Below, one piece after another: positions 26,075 through 39,100 of a stretch of DNA of 64,000 bases (its first letter is position 1; each line of letters opens with the position of its first letter). The translations under genes were made by a program, and so were the position numbers. This stretch comes from Dictyostelium discoideum. Its lineage: Eukaryota. The DNA is taken from the NCBI GenBank assembly GCA_000004695.1, contig CM000150.2, positions 2,208,001 through 2,272,000 on the forward strand. The letters run 5' to 3'. The notes under the pieces are model-generated. The model was not told the DNA's origin. It saw only the letters and a list, made by a program, of their open reading frames with translations, and did no database searches.

Positions 26075-26797
26075 TAGAATATAAATAAATAATATTTTAA
26101 CTTTCTAAATCTAAAATTATAACTATTAATCATTTTTAGAGTTTGAAATTATTTTTATCTTTTTATATACTTTTTTTGATTATTATTAGAGTGCTCAATT
26201 ATTTGTCTCTTCTGTCATCTGTTTTTTTCATTTTTCACTTTTTTCTTTTTTATTTAAATATAGAAAATTGTTTTTTTGTTTATCTCAATTTTTTTTTTTT
26301 TTTTTTAAAGTCAAGTGGTAATCAAGAAAAAAAATTAATTCAAGTTTAAATTGTGTCAACACTTAATAAAAATAGATTTATAGGTATTTAATTTTTAAAA
26401 ATCTTTATTTCCTGATAAACATGTACCTGTTAAACCTTAATAATTGTTGATTAAAAATCAGGTTAAATTAAAATTAAAATTATTGTTGAATGAATTTTAA
26501 ATTTTATATCTTTTTTGTGTATTGAAAAAATTTAAATCATTGTTTAAAAAAAAAAAAAAAAAAAAAAAATTAAGGCAAAATCAAAAAATTTAAATTTAAT
26601 GGTGGTATTGTTCTGATAATAAAAAGTTAAAAAAAATAAAAAAAAATAAAAAAAATAAAAACCAAAAGTCACTGTAAATGAGCAAAAAAAAAAAACCCCA
26701 ACATCTTTTTTTTTGACCTATTTTTGTTTTCCCCCACAAATAAAAATTTGTAATTTTTTTATTTTTTATCAGAGCATTTTTGGAAATCAGGTAACTG

Positions 26798-26828
<31 letters not shown>

Positions 26829-26853
26829 GGTAGCCCTTTTTTTATTTTAAACG

Positions 26854-26867
26854 CTTAGAATTTTAAG
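26854..26867. promoter_or_regulatory. Imperfect copy of the 14-bp palindrome (CTTAGAATTTTAAG), 272 bp upstream of the sacsin-like copy-2 ATG
   Basis: It sits within the conserved module at 26760..26870, next to 'CATTTTTGGAAATCAGGTAACTGTGATT' and 'GGTAGCCC'. Confidence 0.4.
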
Positions 26868-27138
26868 TGATTAATAATAAATAATGAAAAAAAAAAAAAA
26901 AAAAAAATTTGTATTAATTTTTTTTTTTTAACAAAAATATATATTTTTTTATATTTTTTTCTTATTTTTTTATTTTTTTATTTTTTTTATAATTTACATT
27001 AGTATTTCTAATATTTTCCATTAAATAGAAATTTTTTTTTTTTTTTTTTATTTTTTTATTTTTTTATTTTTTTTATAATTTACATTAGTATTTCTATTAT
27101 TTTCCATTAATTTGAAATTTTATTTAAATAAAGATAAA

Positions 27139-30100
27139 ATGCCCCAAAATAAAATTCAAACAATAAAACCAGCTCATTTTTTAAGAGATAATCTTCTTAA
27201 CTATCCAGTAAGGTCAAAAATTATTTATTTATTAATTTTTTTTCATCCTTTTTTTTTTTTTTTTTTTTCATTTTTCCAATTTTTTTTTTTTTTTTTTCTT
27301 TTTATTTTTTAGTACAGACATAAATAATATAATTATATTAACAAAAAAATATAATAGGAATCAAAAATATTTAGAGAATTGATTCAAAATGCAGAAGATG
27401 CTCGAGCTGATACAGTCATAATAAAGGTTGATGAAGGCTCATATCCAAATAATGGGTTATTAATTTCAAATGATAACCAAGAAATTCAAAGTTCAAAAGA
27501 ATTATTAGGTCCATCAATTTTAATTTATAATAATGCAACTTTTCAAAAACATGATTGGGAAGGAATTTGTCAAATTAGTCAAGGTAGTAAAAAAGAAAAT
27601 CTAAAAAGTGTTGGCAATTTCGGTTTAGGTTTGTATTTTTTATTTTTTTAAAAAAAAAAATAATAAAAAAAAAAAATAAAAAAATATCTTATTCTAATTT
27701 TATTTTTATTATCTTATATTACATTATTTTATGTTATTGTATTTTTATTTATTTTTAAAATAGGTTGGAATAGTGTTTATCATATAACAGATAATCCAAT
27801 TGTTTATAGTGGTAATAATGTTTGGTTTGCAGATCCAAATGAGAGAATGAGTGGTGGTTTATTCTTTGATTTGGATGATGAAGATGATTATAACAAATGT
27901 CTTAGTTTTTTAGAGCCATTCATTCAATTTAAAGAATCAAATTGTAACCCAAAAGAATATTTTAATGGTACAATCATTCGTCTACCATTGAGAATATATC
28001 CAAGTGAAATCAAAAAAGCTGTATTAACAATGGATGCCATAAAGAAAATTTTAAATGAATTTTCAAAAGATATCAATGAAATATTGATTTTCTTAAAGAG
28101 TTTAGCATCAATTACCATCATTGTTAATAACCAGATAATCAACTCGGTTTCTATATCAAATTATTCCAAAATTAAAGAGAAAAGAGAAAAGGTATCTTTA
28201 TTCTTAGCAAACATTGTAGATAATGAAATGAACAATCCAAGTAGTGCTGTAGAATTAGCTGAAATTTTATGTAGTAATAAATCACAATCAAATTGTGAAT
28301 CTACATTTCAAATTGATTTAGAAATTTATAGAAATGGTGCCAGTCAATTAATTTCATACTTGGTTTCACAAGGTATCTATATTGATAGGAAATTAATTGA
28401 ATTAGTTAAAAAGAATAAAGAAATCAAACTCATATCATATGGTGGTGTAGCAGTTCCGATCAGTTTAGATGGTCCAATAAATTTCAAAGGTAAACCATTT
28501 ACATTTTTACCAATTGGAGCATTAGTTTATGATATTCCTTTACATGTCAATGGTTACTTTAGATTAAGTAATGCAAGAGATAATATCATTTATTCTCTAA
28601 CTGAAGTTGAAGAAGCATCTGAATCATTATCAAAACAATGGAATATGTTTATATCAGAAACTATTATTCCTTATTTCTATGTTAAATCGTTGGAATATTT
28701 AAAATTAAATTATGGTGGCGAACTATACAATTATTTCCCATACAAATGTAACAATCAAAATTATCAAGGTCAAAGCCCATCATATGATATATCAATCACT
28801 ACAATGAAATCAATTATTGGTGGTAAATACTTTTTGAATTATTTCAATCCCTCAGAGTATTTACCATTGAATGGTAGTTTAATTATTTCAAGTTCAGATA
28901 TGCCACCAGATTTCATTTTAACCATATTAAAAGAACGTAACATTAAAACAATCAAATTATCAAATGAATTATTAAACCATTTTAATAATTTAAGAATTCC
29001 ATTAACTTGTTATTCAAAACAATATTTATGTAGTCTATTAGTTTCATCACCATTAAAACAATACTCTGAAGATGTTATCAATTACATTTGTTGCACTGAA
29101 ATCGTTCAAGGTGGTCATTTAAATAAAGTCAAAATTTTACCAACAAATCCAAACAAAAATACATTAGATTGTTTAAAATTATCTCAAACACTCTCAGATA
29201 TATGTAATAATACAAATCAATTCCTTTGCATGAGTGATCAAGTCTATGATCTCTTATTCGGTTACCATGGCCAAAGCTTGACCTATCATTTAAAACTATC
29301 TACAATGCCACCAAACTTTAGAAAATTTATTTCACTAATTTGTGAAAAATATTCAAATATTAAAGAAATTAAACTTTCAAATTTTCTCACTAGTCTCAAA
29401 TCTTTAAGCAGCCAGTTTTTAAATGAAAATATAATAACAGTTTGGAATTGTATCAAAGAATTAGAAAAAAATGAAACTTTACAATTATCAAAAATTAGAT
29501 CCATACCAATTGTTCCATTTAGATCGAGTACAACTCAGACTGGCGTAACTAGTTATGATAAATCTTCATTGTTAATGTACAGATCAAAATTTTTACCAAT
29601 TGAACCAATCTTAAACAAATTAAATATATATTTAGTAGAAGAAGAGCATCAATTCAATAGTTTATTAAGTGGAAATGATCAAATTTCAAAAATGTTAGAT
29701 TATCTTCAAAAGGTATATTTATCATTAGATTCAGATGAAATTGATAAATTAAGAATTTTTTTAGTCGAATTGATTCACCAAGCTTCTTTATCAAAAGCTG
29801 ATATTTCAATTTTTTATAATTTACCAATTCACCCATGCATTGGAAGCAGTGATCAAAAGTTTAGTAGTATTACATATAAAAGCATATGTGTGGACTATGA
29901 AAAAATTGATCAATATGAAATTAAAGGATTGAAATTAATAAAGGTTAATGAATTATCAAAATATAAAAGCATTGTCGATTCTATTCCAACAAAACAAATT
30001 TTTAAAGGTGAAAAACAGATTTATAGGTTTTATTTAATTCCAAACATTGGTTCCTTTGAATTAAATGTTTCAATTGAAATTATTACAAAATTTTTAACTC

Positions 30101-33100
30101 TTTATGGTAATCATTATGTCGACGATGGTGAATTAAGAAAACTAAAATTTATTCCATCTGAAAATGGTGTTTATTCAACTCCTGATTCATTTTATGTTTT
30201 AGGTCCACTTGAAAGGGATTTAATAAGAAATTTCGAACCATCTAAAATTTTAAATCAATCTTTGGATGGTTTAACTGGTTATTTATCTAAATTTGGCTTA
30301 AAATTTAAACTATCAGATAAACATATATGTTCAAAGGTTATTGATTTTCTTTCAAATCAAGATTCAATAGAAACCTATAAAAATTTTATGGATTATTTAA
30401 ATCAAAGAGGTGAGAATATTGGTGATTCATTAATTGATTTCAAAGATATCCCATTTATTCCATCCAGTGAATTCGATACCTATGATGGATTTGGCTCAAA
30501 TGAATCTAAAATTTCATTATCAGAGTGTACACTATCAAGTTATAAAGATTGTTTATTCACTGTAAAAACTCCAATTAAAGTAACCAAAAATTACAACAAC
30601 CCCATTAACAAATACCTATCATCAAATTTAAATGATAACATTATTCAGCATTTGATTAATTTAAATTCTATGGAATTCAATGATGAAACATCATTCGATC
30701 CAAATATAATTTTCCACAATACCTATAAAGAAATTGATTATTTAATTAAAAATTTCAAACTAAATGATGAACAAAAAAAGAAAATCTCTCAAATTCAATT
30801 AATTTGGTTAGATGGCCAATTAGTACCAAAAGAAAAAATATTTTATAATAGTCCAAACCCAAATTTAGATTTTAAACCTTACTTCTTTGTAACCAAACCA
30901 AAACAAGAACATCTCTTTAAATTTTTAAAACTAAAAGATAAACCAGATTTAAATGATTTCATTAGATTAATCAAATCTATTCAAGATACATATGAGAAAG
31001 AGAGCTCAAATTCAATAGAGTTATTTGAATTGGTTATCTATTCTCTCCAAAACCCTGCATTCAATAAAGAATCACTTATCGATTCAAAAATAAAATTACC
31101 AACCACTGATAATCAATTTGTTGAATTTGAAAAAGTAATTTACGTTGATCATTCATGTTTACCTCAAGAATTCATTGATTTAGGACACAGTGCATTACAT
31201 AATAAAATTTCTGAAAACACTGCATCAAAACTCAATATTATCAAACTTTCTCAATTGATTCAAAGTCAAGTAGCATTTGATCATTCATTTGGACAAAAAG
31301 AAGATTTAGTAGATCGTTTGAAACAAATTTTAAATGATTATAAAGTAGAAGTATTTTTAAATGAAATGGTTCAAGTATGTATTATCTTTCAAATTATTGA
31401 TTTAATTATTACTTTTTTTTTTTATTGAAATTGTACTAATTTTTTTTATTTTATTTTTTTAGAATGCTCATGATGCTGGATCAACAGAAGTAAAATTAAT
31501 TTTAGATTGTAATTCTTTAAAACAACAATTTTTAAAAGAAAATCCAGAGATAAGTACACTATGTAAAGATCTTCCATCATACTTTGAAAGTTCTTTACTT
31601 TTTTATAATAATTCAGTATTTACAGACGACGATATAAAGAATGTTCAAGCAATGACAGCATCAATTAAAAAGCAAGATGAAAAGTGTATTGGTCAACATG
31701 GTTTAGGTATTAATTCAATGTATTCATTCAGTGATTGTCCATGTATATTAAGTGGTGAATATTTGATGATTTTCGATCCATTCGTAACACATATCGGTCA
31801 ATCAATAAACTATTCACATGGTGCTAAATATAAAATTTCACAATACAAACCATATTTAAAATACTTTAAACCATTTCAACATTTACAATCAATTTTTGAT
31901 TTTGATTTAGATGATGGTAAATTCAATGGAACAATCATTCGTTTACCACTTCGTAAGATACAAAACGATGGTAATCGTCATATTAGTCCACAGAAATGGA
32001 ACGAAGCAAATGTTTTAGATTATTTAAAAAGAGTAAAAGCAAGTAATTTAGAAAATTTAATGTTTTTCACAAACATAGATTCTTTAGAGGTTTCAATATT
32101 ACCAGTGGGAAGTAAAAAATTAGAACAACAAATTTCAATTCATAAAAAATCAAGTTTATCATTAATTACAAACCAATATAATAATTTAATGAATATTCCA
32201 ACACAAGTATCAGAATATACATTCACTATTATACCATCAGAGAAATCAAAGATAACTGAAAAATATATTATAGGTCAAGTAATTGAAGAAGATTTCAAAG
32301 ATCTATCAGAATATCCAGATAATAAAGCATTGAAATTTTTATCAATCTATAATAATGAAAAAAGAAAACCAGTTGGAGGTGTCGCATTTAAATTACCAGA
32401 TTTCTCACTTCCTGAATACAAATTCACACCAAAATCATTTTGTTATTTACCATACAAAGATTTAATTTCAAATATTCCAGTTCACATTCATGCAAACTTT
32501 TCAACAACAAGTTCACGTGATATTTTAGAAAATGCCAAATCTTCAAATTTATATAATATTGAAGAGATACTCTCTAAAAAGGTTGATCAAGTAATACAAC
32601 AATCAGATAGTTTCCAACTTTTTTGGAATCAATTAATTGTAACTGAAATTATAGCACCACTCTACATTAATACATTAACTCTTTTCAAAAACAAATATAT
32701 TAAAGGTAATGATATAGATATAATTTCAAAATATCATGATTTCTATTACTCTCGTTTCCCAGTATTAAGTGATTCGTTGTCAAATCATTCAATTCTAGAA
32801 ATGTTAGCAAATAAGTTTTACTCATTAGTAAATTCAGAGAATTCCGATGTATTCATCCATTACCCTGGTGTTGAAGTTTTAAAGAAACCAAAAGATACAT
32901 TTTATGCAGAGTTGAGTTTCTTCTTATCAAATGCATATTCAGATTCAATTTTAAAGTGTATTAGTCACATTGGTTTCAATGTTAATGTTTGTCCATTTAA
33001 AATTTATTTTAGTTTTAAGTCACCAGATAACTGGTTAACAGAAGAAACAATATCAAATGCCTTGAAAGGAGAGAATTTAAATCCTCGAGTAATAAATACT

Positions 33101-35566
33101 CAAGATATTGCAAATATAATATTATATTTCTCAAAAATGCCAGAATATCTAGATAACTGCCAAGTATTGATTTTCAATGATAAAACAAGGGGTTTTGTTA
33201 ATATTGAAAACAAAATAATAAACCAACTATATAACCAAACTCATTTTGAAATGACTCAAGATGTTTTAAATTTAAAATTCATTGACAGTGAACTTACCAA
33301 TATTATCAAAATGTGTAAAAATCCTCTCATTTTGAATTCACTTAAAACGATTAACATCTTTGATTTCAACTATGTATGTATTCATATATCATATTAACAC
33401 TTTAATTTTAATATTAATTTTTTTTTTTTTTTACAAAACTAGGTTGATTTTTATTTCCACTATCTCTTACCAAATTTCAATATATTATCAGCTGAAAAAA
33501 ATATCTCATTTTTAAACAAATTATTGGAATACTTTACATTTGAAAAGAACTATGATTTTAAATCAATAGACCATCTTCTAATATCTAAAGATAGAATAAA
33601 AATACTAAAAGGTTCAAAAGTTTTTCCTTTTGTTAAAAATGGTATTCAAGAGTTTACTTTAATTTCAAAATTATTCAATCCAACATTTAAACAACATGAT
33701 TTCATATTAGATTATCCAGATTTAGATCATTCAAAAGAAAATATCAAAATTTTTAGATATTTAGGTATCAGAGATATATTAAAGAAAAATGATATTGTAA
33801 ATCAATTCAAAAAGATATCGTCAGAAGTTTATAGTGGAAACACACCTTTGGAAACCTTAATTGAAAGAGCACGTCTATTATGGAAATCAGAAAAATGTGT
33901 CAAAGTATTTAATGAATTGATAGAATTAAATATTGTACCAGTCAAAGAAAGTAATATCACTGGTAGTAGAAAAATATCATTAGGATTGATGCCAATTACC
34001 CAAGTATGCCACCATCTCTATGAAGATCTATATTTTTCAGTAAAACTACTTCAAGATGTAGATATTAAATACCCACCAGGATATGGTCACATTGACTGTG
34101 AAAAAATATTTGAAAATTTCGTTAATCTTCTTACAAACATCATAGATTGGAAAGAAGTAAAAGTAAATGGTAGTTTAGTAATAGACCCCAAAATCATACA
34201 AATGCTAATATCAATGTGTGGTCATTTAGAAAACTATACTGGTAATTTCTCATCAGAACTTGTAGAAAGAATTCAACGTATCCCAGTATTAAACTCTACA
34301 ATATCTATTGAATTTACAAATATAGTCATGGGAACTGATGCAAATAATTTGAAACCATTTTTCAATATTTTACCTTCAAATTTTTCAACTTTTAGAAATT
34401 TTTTCAGTAAAATTGGTGTAATAGAATTAAATCTAAACACAATTGTAATGGGATTAAATAGATTTTTACATGATGAGATTGATACTGCCGAAGGAATTAG
34501 ATCGTTAAACTATCTCTATGAATTATTATTTAGTTTTGGTAGTGAATTGGAAACATTTAAAGATGAACACCCAACATTACCAGTTTTCACTAAAAAAAGA
34601 TTTATAAAACCATCCAATCAAGTTTATTCATTCTCTGGTGTACCCACCGCAAGAATTTATACTGAATCATTTTATGAAATCCATGATTCAATTAGAGATA
34701 ATTATAAACAATTGGGTGTTTTAGAATTATCTTCAATATTAAGAGAAGAACTAGACAATGAACTCACCAACCTTGAAAATGAAGATTTGGAGGATTCAAT
34801 TGGAAAATTTTTAAATACCTTTATTAAGGAAAATCAACAATTTATTTCAAGAGTTAATCATCTACAGTTGAGTCAAATCTTGAAAATTACAGTTAAATCA
34901 GGAGACATTAGAACCAAATTCATTTTAAATGGACAAGATATCACTAAAAACTCAAAAACCAAATGTTTTTATGATCAACCAAATTCAACTCTTTATTTAG
35001 AAAAAGGTATTTCTAAAAGTGAAGCATTCAATTACCTATTTAATTCCACTGGTTTGAATGTAAACTCTTCAATTGTATCAAATCTAGAAAGAGAGTTTGT
35101 AAATGATGAACCAATTGTCGATCCAGTTGATAATTTCTTGGCTCAAACTAATCAAAATGTGGTTGTTAATTCTATTGATGACAACCATACAACTTTAATC
35201 CAAAAAATTCATTGTAGACACTACAACACCATTGCACTAAGAAATCGTGAAGCTGCTGAAACTTTATTCTACAATCAATCATTAATTAGACAATCAATTT
35301 ACTTTTACTATGTTTCAACAGATATGCTACTAAGAAGTCTTTTGGTTTTTTATTTTGATAATAATATTCCAGATTCTCTTTCAATTACTCGTATGAGAGA
35401 TGTATTATCCAGAAAATCAACTACAACCATACCACACATTCCAGATCGTTTCAATGATTTCAAAGAAGCCCACTTAAAAACAACAAACATCAATAGTAAT
35501 GATCTAATTGAATTTCGTTCAATTACTTCTCAACTATTAAACATTTCTAATCAAATGATGAATTAA
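27139..35566 (+). CDS. Sacsin-like giant protein, copy 2 (~2661 aa, 5 exons)
   Basis: Exons: 27139..27207, 27358..27628, 27764..31374, 31463..33373, 33443..35566. Same splice motifs and phases as copy 1. All frames are open; no disabling mutation was seen. Confidence 0.8.
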
Positions 35567-35980
35567 TAGAAAATAAATAAATAATATATTAACTTTCTTT
35601 ACGTCAACCAAATTCAATTTATATTTTATACAAATGTATTTTTTATATTTTATATAAAAAAAAAAAAATTATGACCATTAATTATTTTAGAGTTTGTAAT
35701 TCTTTTTATTATCCTATTTTTATAATGAATTTGTTTCTGAATGAAACAATCGGTGATGGATTTAACCATACATTTGATTCAAATAAATTAGAAAATACAA
35801 TAATTAAATAAAAATAAATATATAAAAAAATTGTGTGCTTTTTTATTTTTTTTTTTTTTTTTTTTTTACATTATTGGAAATGAGGCAATAAAACCCCATT
35901 TGAATTAATTTTTTTTTTTTTTTTATTTTTGAGAATCTGGCAATTGAGATTTAACCCCCTTTTTTATTTATAATTTATCT

Positions 35981-35994
35981 CTTAAAATTTTAAG
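35981..35994. promoter_or_regulatory. 14-bp palindrome CTTAAAATTTTAAG, 147 bp upstream of the sacsin-like copy-3 ATG
   Basis: Perfect palindrome inside the conserved module at 35870..36000. The module has two copies of the GGAAAT(C/G)AGGCAAT motif and a CCCC block. Confidence 0.45.
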
Positions 35995-36140
35995 TGGTAA
36001 ATAATAAAAAAAAAAATTTTTTTTTTATTTTTTTTTTTTTTAATACTAATCATCACCACTTTTTTTTTTCTTTTTTTTTTTATTATTTACCTTAGTATTT
36101 TTATTTATTACATATTTAAATATTATTTTTAAAAGAGATA

Positions 36141-39100
36141 ATGCCCAAAACTAAAGATCAAAGACTCAAAGTATCTCATTCTTTAAGAAATAATCTTCTA
36201 AACTATCCAGTAAGTTCAAATAAATTTAAATTTTTTTTTTAAATTAAATTCTTTTTTTTTTATTTTTTTTACAAACACAAAAATTGTTTTTTTTTTTTTT
36301 TTTTTATGCTGACATGAAAAATATAATGATATTAATAAATTATAAAAAAAATATATGATAGGAATCAAAAATAGTTAGAGAGTTGATTCAAAATGCAGAA
36401 GATGCTCTAGCTGATACATTCATAATAAAGGTTGATGAAGGCTCATATCCAAATAATGGGTTATTAATTTCAAATGATAACCAAGAAATTGAAAGTTCAA
36501 AAGAATTATTAGGTCCATCAATTTTAATTTATAATAATGCAACTTTTCATGAACAGGATTGGGAAGGCATTTGTGAAATTAATCAAGGTAGTAAAAAAGA
36601 AAATTTAAAAAGTGTTGGCAATTTCGGTTTAGGTTTGTACTTTTTATTTTTTAAAAAAAAAAAATATATACATCTTATTCTAATTTTATTAATTCTTAAA
36701 ATAGGTTGGAACAGTGTTTATCATATAACAGATAATCCAATTGTTTATAGTGGTAATAATGTTTGGTTTGCAGATCCAAATGAAAGAATTGGTGGTGGTT
36801 TATTCTTTGATTTGGACGATGAAGATGATTATAACAAATGTTTTAGTTTTTTAGAGCCATTCATTCAATTCAAAGAATCAAATTGTAACCCAAAAGAATA
36901 TTTTAATGGTACAATCATTCGTCTACCATTGAGAATATATCCAAGTGAAATCAAAAAAGCTGTATTAACAATGGATGCCATAAAGAAAATTTTAAATGAA
37001 TTTTCAAAAGATATCAATGAAATATTGATTTTCTTAAAGAGTTTAGCATCAATTACCATCATTGTTAATAATCAGATAGTCAACTCTGTAAAAATAAAAA
37101 ATTATTCCAAAATTAAAGATCAAAGAGAAAAGGTATCTTTATTCTTATCAAAAATTGTAGATAATGAAATGAACAATCCAAGTAGTGCTGTAGAATTAGC
37201 TGAAATTTTATGCAGTAATAAATCACAATCAAATTGTGAATCTACATTTCAAATTGATTTAGAAATTTATAGAAATGGTGTCAGTCAATTAATTTCATAC
37301 TTGGTTTCGCAAGGTATCTATATTGATAGGAAATTAATTGAATTAGTTAAAAAGAATAAAGAAATCAAACTCATATCATATGGTGGTGTAGCAGTTCCAA
37401 TCAGTTTAGATAGTTCAATAAATTTCAAAGGTAAACCATTTACATTTTTACCAATTGGAGCATTAGTTTATGATATTCCTTTACATGTCAATGGTTACTT
37501 TAGATTAAGTAATGCAAGAGATAATATCATTTATTCGTTAACTGAAGTTGAAGAAGCATCTGAATCATTATCAAAACAATGGAATAAGTTTATATCAGAA
37601 ACTATTATTCCTTATTTCTATGTTAAATCGTTGGAATATTTAAAATCAAATTATCTTGTCAAACTATACAATTATTTCCCATACAAATGTAACAATGAAA
37701 ATTATCAAGGTCAAAGCCCAGCATATGATATATCAATCACTACAATGAAATCAATTATCGGTGGTAAATACTTTTTAAATTACTTCAATTCCCATGAATA
37801 TTTACCATTGATAGGTAGTTTAATCATTTCAAGTTCAGATATACCACCAGATTTCGTTTTAACCATCATTCGTGAACGTAACATTAAAACAATCTTTTTA
37901 TCAAATGAATTATTAAACCATTTTAATAATTTAAGAATTTCTTTACTTTGTTATTCTAAACAATATTTATGTAGTCTATTAGTTTCATCACCATTAAAAC
38001 AATACTCTGAAGATGTTATCAATTACATTTGTTGCACTGAAATCATTGAAGGTGGTCATTTAAATATGGTCAATATTTTACCAACAAATTCAAATAATAT
38101 TACATTAGATTGTTTAAAATCAACTCAAACACTCCCATATTTCCCATGCCAAAATTACCATAGTAATTTCGGCAGCCATATTAATTTTGGCATGGGACAC
38201 TCATATATAAATATAAATCAATTCCTTTACATGAGTGATCAAGTCTATGATCTCTTATTCAGGTACCATGGCCAAAGCTTGACCTTCCATTTAAAAATAT
38301 CAACAATGCCACCAAACTTTAGAAAATTTATTTCAGCAATTTGTAGAAAATATTGGAATATTGGAGAAATTAAACTTTCAAATTTTCTCACTAGTCTCAA
38401 ATCTTTAAGCAACAAATTTTTAAAAGAACATATAATAACAGTTTGGGGTTGTATCGATGAATTAGGCATAAATGAAACTTTAGAATTATCAAAAATTAGA
38501 TCCATACCTATTGTTCCATATAGATCGAGTCCAACTCAGACTGATGTCACTAGTTATGATAAATCTTCATTGTTAATGTACAGATCAAAACTCTTGCCAA
38601 TTGAACCAATATTAAACAAATTAAATATATATATAATAGAGGAAGAACATCAATTCAATAATTTATTACATGCAACGGCTTATATTTCAAAATTGTTAAA
38701 TTATCTTAAAAATGTAGATTTATCATTAGATTCAGATGAAATTGATAAATTAAGAATTTTTTTAGTCGAATCGATTCACCAAGCCTCTATTGCCGATATT
38801 TCAATTTTTTATAATTTACCAATTCACCCATGCATTGGAAACAGTGATCAAAAGTTTAGTAGTATAACTAATAATAGCATATGTGTGGATTATGAAAAAA
38901 TTGATCAATATGAAATTAAAGGATTGAAATTAATAAAGGTTAATGAATTATCAAAATATAAAAGAATTGTCGACTATATACCAACAAAACAAATTTTAAT
39001 AGGAGAAAAACAGGTTTATAGGTATTATTTAATTCAAAATATTAGTTCCTTTGAATTAAATGTTTCAATTGAAATTATTACAGAATTTTTAACTCTTTAT

